Positions 50,198 to 56,184 of a stretch of DNA of 56,184 nt are shown piece after piece. Location: positions 1 through 56,184 of the forward strand of contig CAZETW010000006.1 in the NCBI GenBank assembly GCA_964515295.1. Reading direction: 5' to 3'. Position 1 is the first letter of the stretch. Each line of letters opens with the position of its first letter. The position numbers were made by a program, and so were the translations under genes. Source of the DNA: an uncultured bacterium (GTDB taxonomy: Bacteria > Zhuqueibacterota > QNDG01 > CAYUAG01). Under the pieces are notes generated by a model. That model did not search any database. It saw only the letters and a program-made list of their open reading frames with translations, and had not been told where the DNA came from.

Positions 50198-51292
50198 ATG
50201 AAATTTGATTCTCGGTCTTTAACTGTATTAGAACAGGCTCTTAAAAATCTTGAATCCGGTTTTTCCCATCTGGAAGATTTCACTATAACTGCAGACAATA
50301 CTGATATTGAGAAAATTCTGCTCCATGTATCCCAACGGTTACACAACAATTATCCTTACTTTCACCCGCTCTATGCCGGTCAGATGCTGAAACCACCCCA
50401 TCCGGTTGCCCGTCTCGCCTATATGCTCTCCATGTGGATTAATCCCAATAATCATGCTCTGGACGGCGGAAAAGAAAGTTCTGTCATGGAAAAGGAAGCG
50501 GTTAGAGACATTGCCGCTATGTTCGGCTGGGAAGAATTCCTGGGTCACCTGACCGGTGGAGGAACAATGGCCAATATGGAAGCTCTCTGGGTATCTTCCC
50601 TGGAAAAACCCGGAAAGACTATTCTGTTTTCAGAACAGGCTCATTATACTCATCAGAGAATATCAGAAGTACTGGGATTACCATATGATTTGATCTCCTG
50701 TGACAGCTCTGCTCGAATGGATAGTGAACAGTTAAAGAAACGACTAACTGGGGGAGATGTCGGAACTGTAGTGGCAACAATCGGCACCACTGGTACAGGA
50801 TCAGTAGATCCACTGACGGAAATTATTGAACTTAAAGAAAAATATGATTTCAGACTTCATGCTGATGCTGCTTACGGCGGGTATTTTATTTTAACCGAAG
50901 ATCTAGGAAGTGAAACTCAAAAAGTTTTCAACACCCTTTCTCAGGCGGATTCAATTGTGGTTGATCCTCATAAGCATGGTCTGCAGCCATATGGTTGTGG
51001 CTGTATTTTATATAAAAATCCGGGCGTAGGAAAATATTACCAGCATAGTTCTCCCTATACGTATTTTACATCTGGTGATCTGCATCTAGGGGAGATAAGT
51101 CTGGAATGTTCTCGTGCCGGCGCTGCGGCTGTTGCTCTGTGGGCAACTCAACAACTTTTTCCCTTGCAAAAAGGAGAAATATTTGCAGGTAAATTAAAGA
51201 AATCACTAAAAGCTGCACGAGAACTATACAAGCGATTGGATGAAGACCATAGATTCAGAACTATTATGGCACCGGATCTGGAAAATAATTGA
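50198..51292 (+). CDS. Group II PLP-dependent decarboxylase, probably C-terminally truncated
   Basis: GGGTMANMEAL, HADAAYGG, DPHKHG (PLP Lys), LECSR. It ends at APDLENN, early in the small domain. Confidence 0.8.
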   Translation: MKFDSRSLTVLEQALKNLESGFSHLEDFTITADNTDIEKILLHVSQRLHNNYPYFHPLYAGQMLKPPHPVARLAYMLSMWINPNNHALDGGKESSVMEKEAVRDIAAMFGWEEFLGHLTGGGTMANMEALWVSSLEKPGKTILFSEQAHYTHQRISEVLGLPYDLISCDSSARMDSEQLKKRLTGGDVGTVVATIGTTGTGSVDPLTEIIELKEKYDFRLHADAAYGGYFILTEDLGSETQKVFNTLSQADSIVVDPHKHGLQPYGCGCILYKNPGVGKYYQHSSPYTYFTSGDLHLGEISLECSRAGAAAVALWATQQLFPLQKGEIFAGKLKKSLKAARELYKRLDEDHRFRTIMAPDLENN

Positions 51293-51397
51293 TACAGTTG
51301 CCTGAAAACAATTCAGTTACATGTAAATGTTTATTAACAGATAATTTACTATTTAACGTTTGATTATTTTGTAAAATTTATTTATTATATAGCTAAC

Positions 51398-55774
<4,377 letters not shown>

Positions 55775-55979
55775 TGTATATAAAAGAAAGGTTCGCCAGT
55801 AAAATGTATATTTTATTTTTTCCTTTTTTTAAATCATAAAATTATGTATATTATTTATGAATTTTAAAAATTTTTATAAATAAAAAATCTGTTCTAAGAA
55901 ATTATCTGATATGAGATATAGGTGAATGATAATTAGGATGTTTCCCTGCCATTTAACCAGTGGAGACAAGGAGGATATA

Positions 55980-56184
55980 ATAAAAAAATTTTATTATTTG
56001 ATGATATTGCTTCTGGTTTCTATATCGATCAATGGCATTTGTTATTCTCAGGATTCAGGGGGTATTTTCCCTCTCTGGAAATCTCTTGCAAAGGGAAAAG
56101 AACTGCCTTCTCCTTTTGGATTTGGATTAAATTTTTATAATCAGAATCAGAGTTTCAGTTTCTCAGAATCAAATTTTTATATAA
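55980..56184 (+). CDS. 5' part of an exported/outer-membrane protein (runs off window)
   Basis: Open frame (I)KKFYYLMILLLVSISINGICYSQD...KELPSPFGFGLNFY: signal-peptide-like leader after AAGGAGGA. Confidence 0.6.
   Translation, partial: MKKFYYLMILLLVSISINGICYSQDSGGIFPLWKSLAKGKELPSPFGFGLNFYNQNQSFSFSESNFYI

Overview
AT-rich bacterial chromosomal window. A T9SS-type C-terminal domain, a TonB-dependent receptor and HdrA/MvhD suggest an anaerobic diderm of the FCB-related lineages (KSB1/Calditrichota-like); this taxonomy is inference only. Bases 1-14.8 kb are one long + strand acyl-CoA/redox cluster: a CCG-domain oxidoreductase tail, etfB, etfA, hdrA, mvhD, cobalamin adenosyltransferase, meaB, a split B12 mutase with isobutyryl-CoA-mutase-type residues, acyl-CoA dehydrogenase, and an archaeal-type HMG-CoA synthase/thiolase/DUF35 triad interrupted by a cupin and an S9 peptidase. 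Bases 15-19 kb hold a transglutaminase-like lipoprotein, deletion-eroded pseudogenes and a nest of palindromic repeats, including a MITE inserted into one of two twin palindromes. Bases 19-26 kb look like a phosphate-scavenging module: phoU, a TonB-dependent receptor with three 11-bp-spaced boxes upstream, and a secreted protein carrying a 1268-bp apparently identical internal duplication with a seemingly permuted domain order. The remainder is mostly housekeeping or peptide/nucleoside metabolism (ppiD-like, mutL, miaA, C69 and M28 peptidases, MATE, deoC, pdp, csp, D-aminoacylase, dinG, guaB). It also contains a GAFTGA-less enhancer-binding-like protein next to a sigma-54-type promoter, and a Tat-exported ferritin-like protein paired with an outer-membrane barrel. 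No rRNA, tRNA, CRISPR array or transposase was seen. All calls come from reading motifs by eye; no database search was run.
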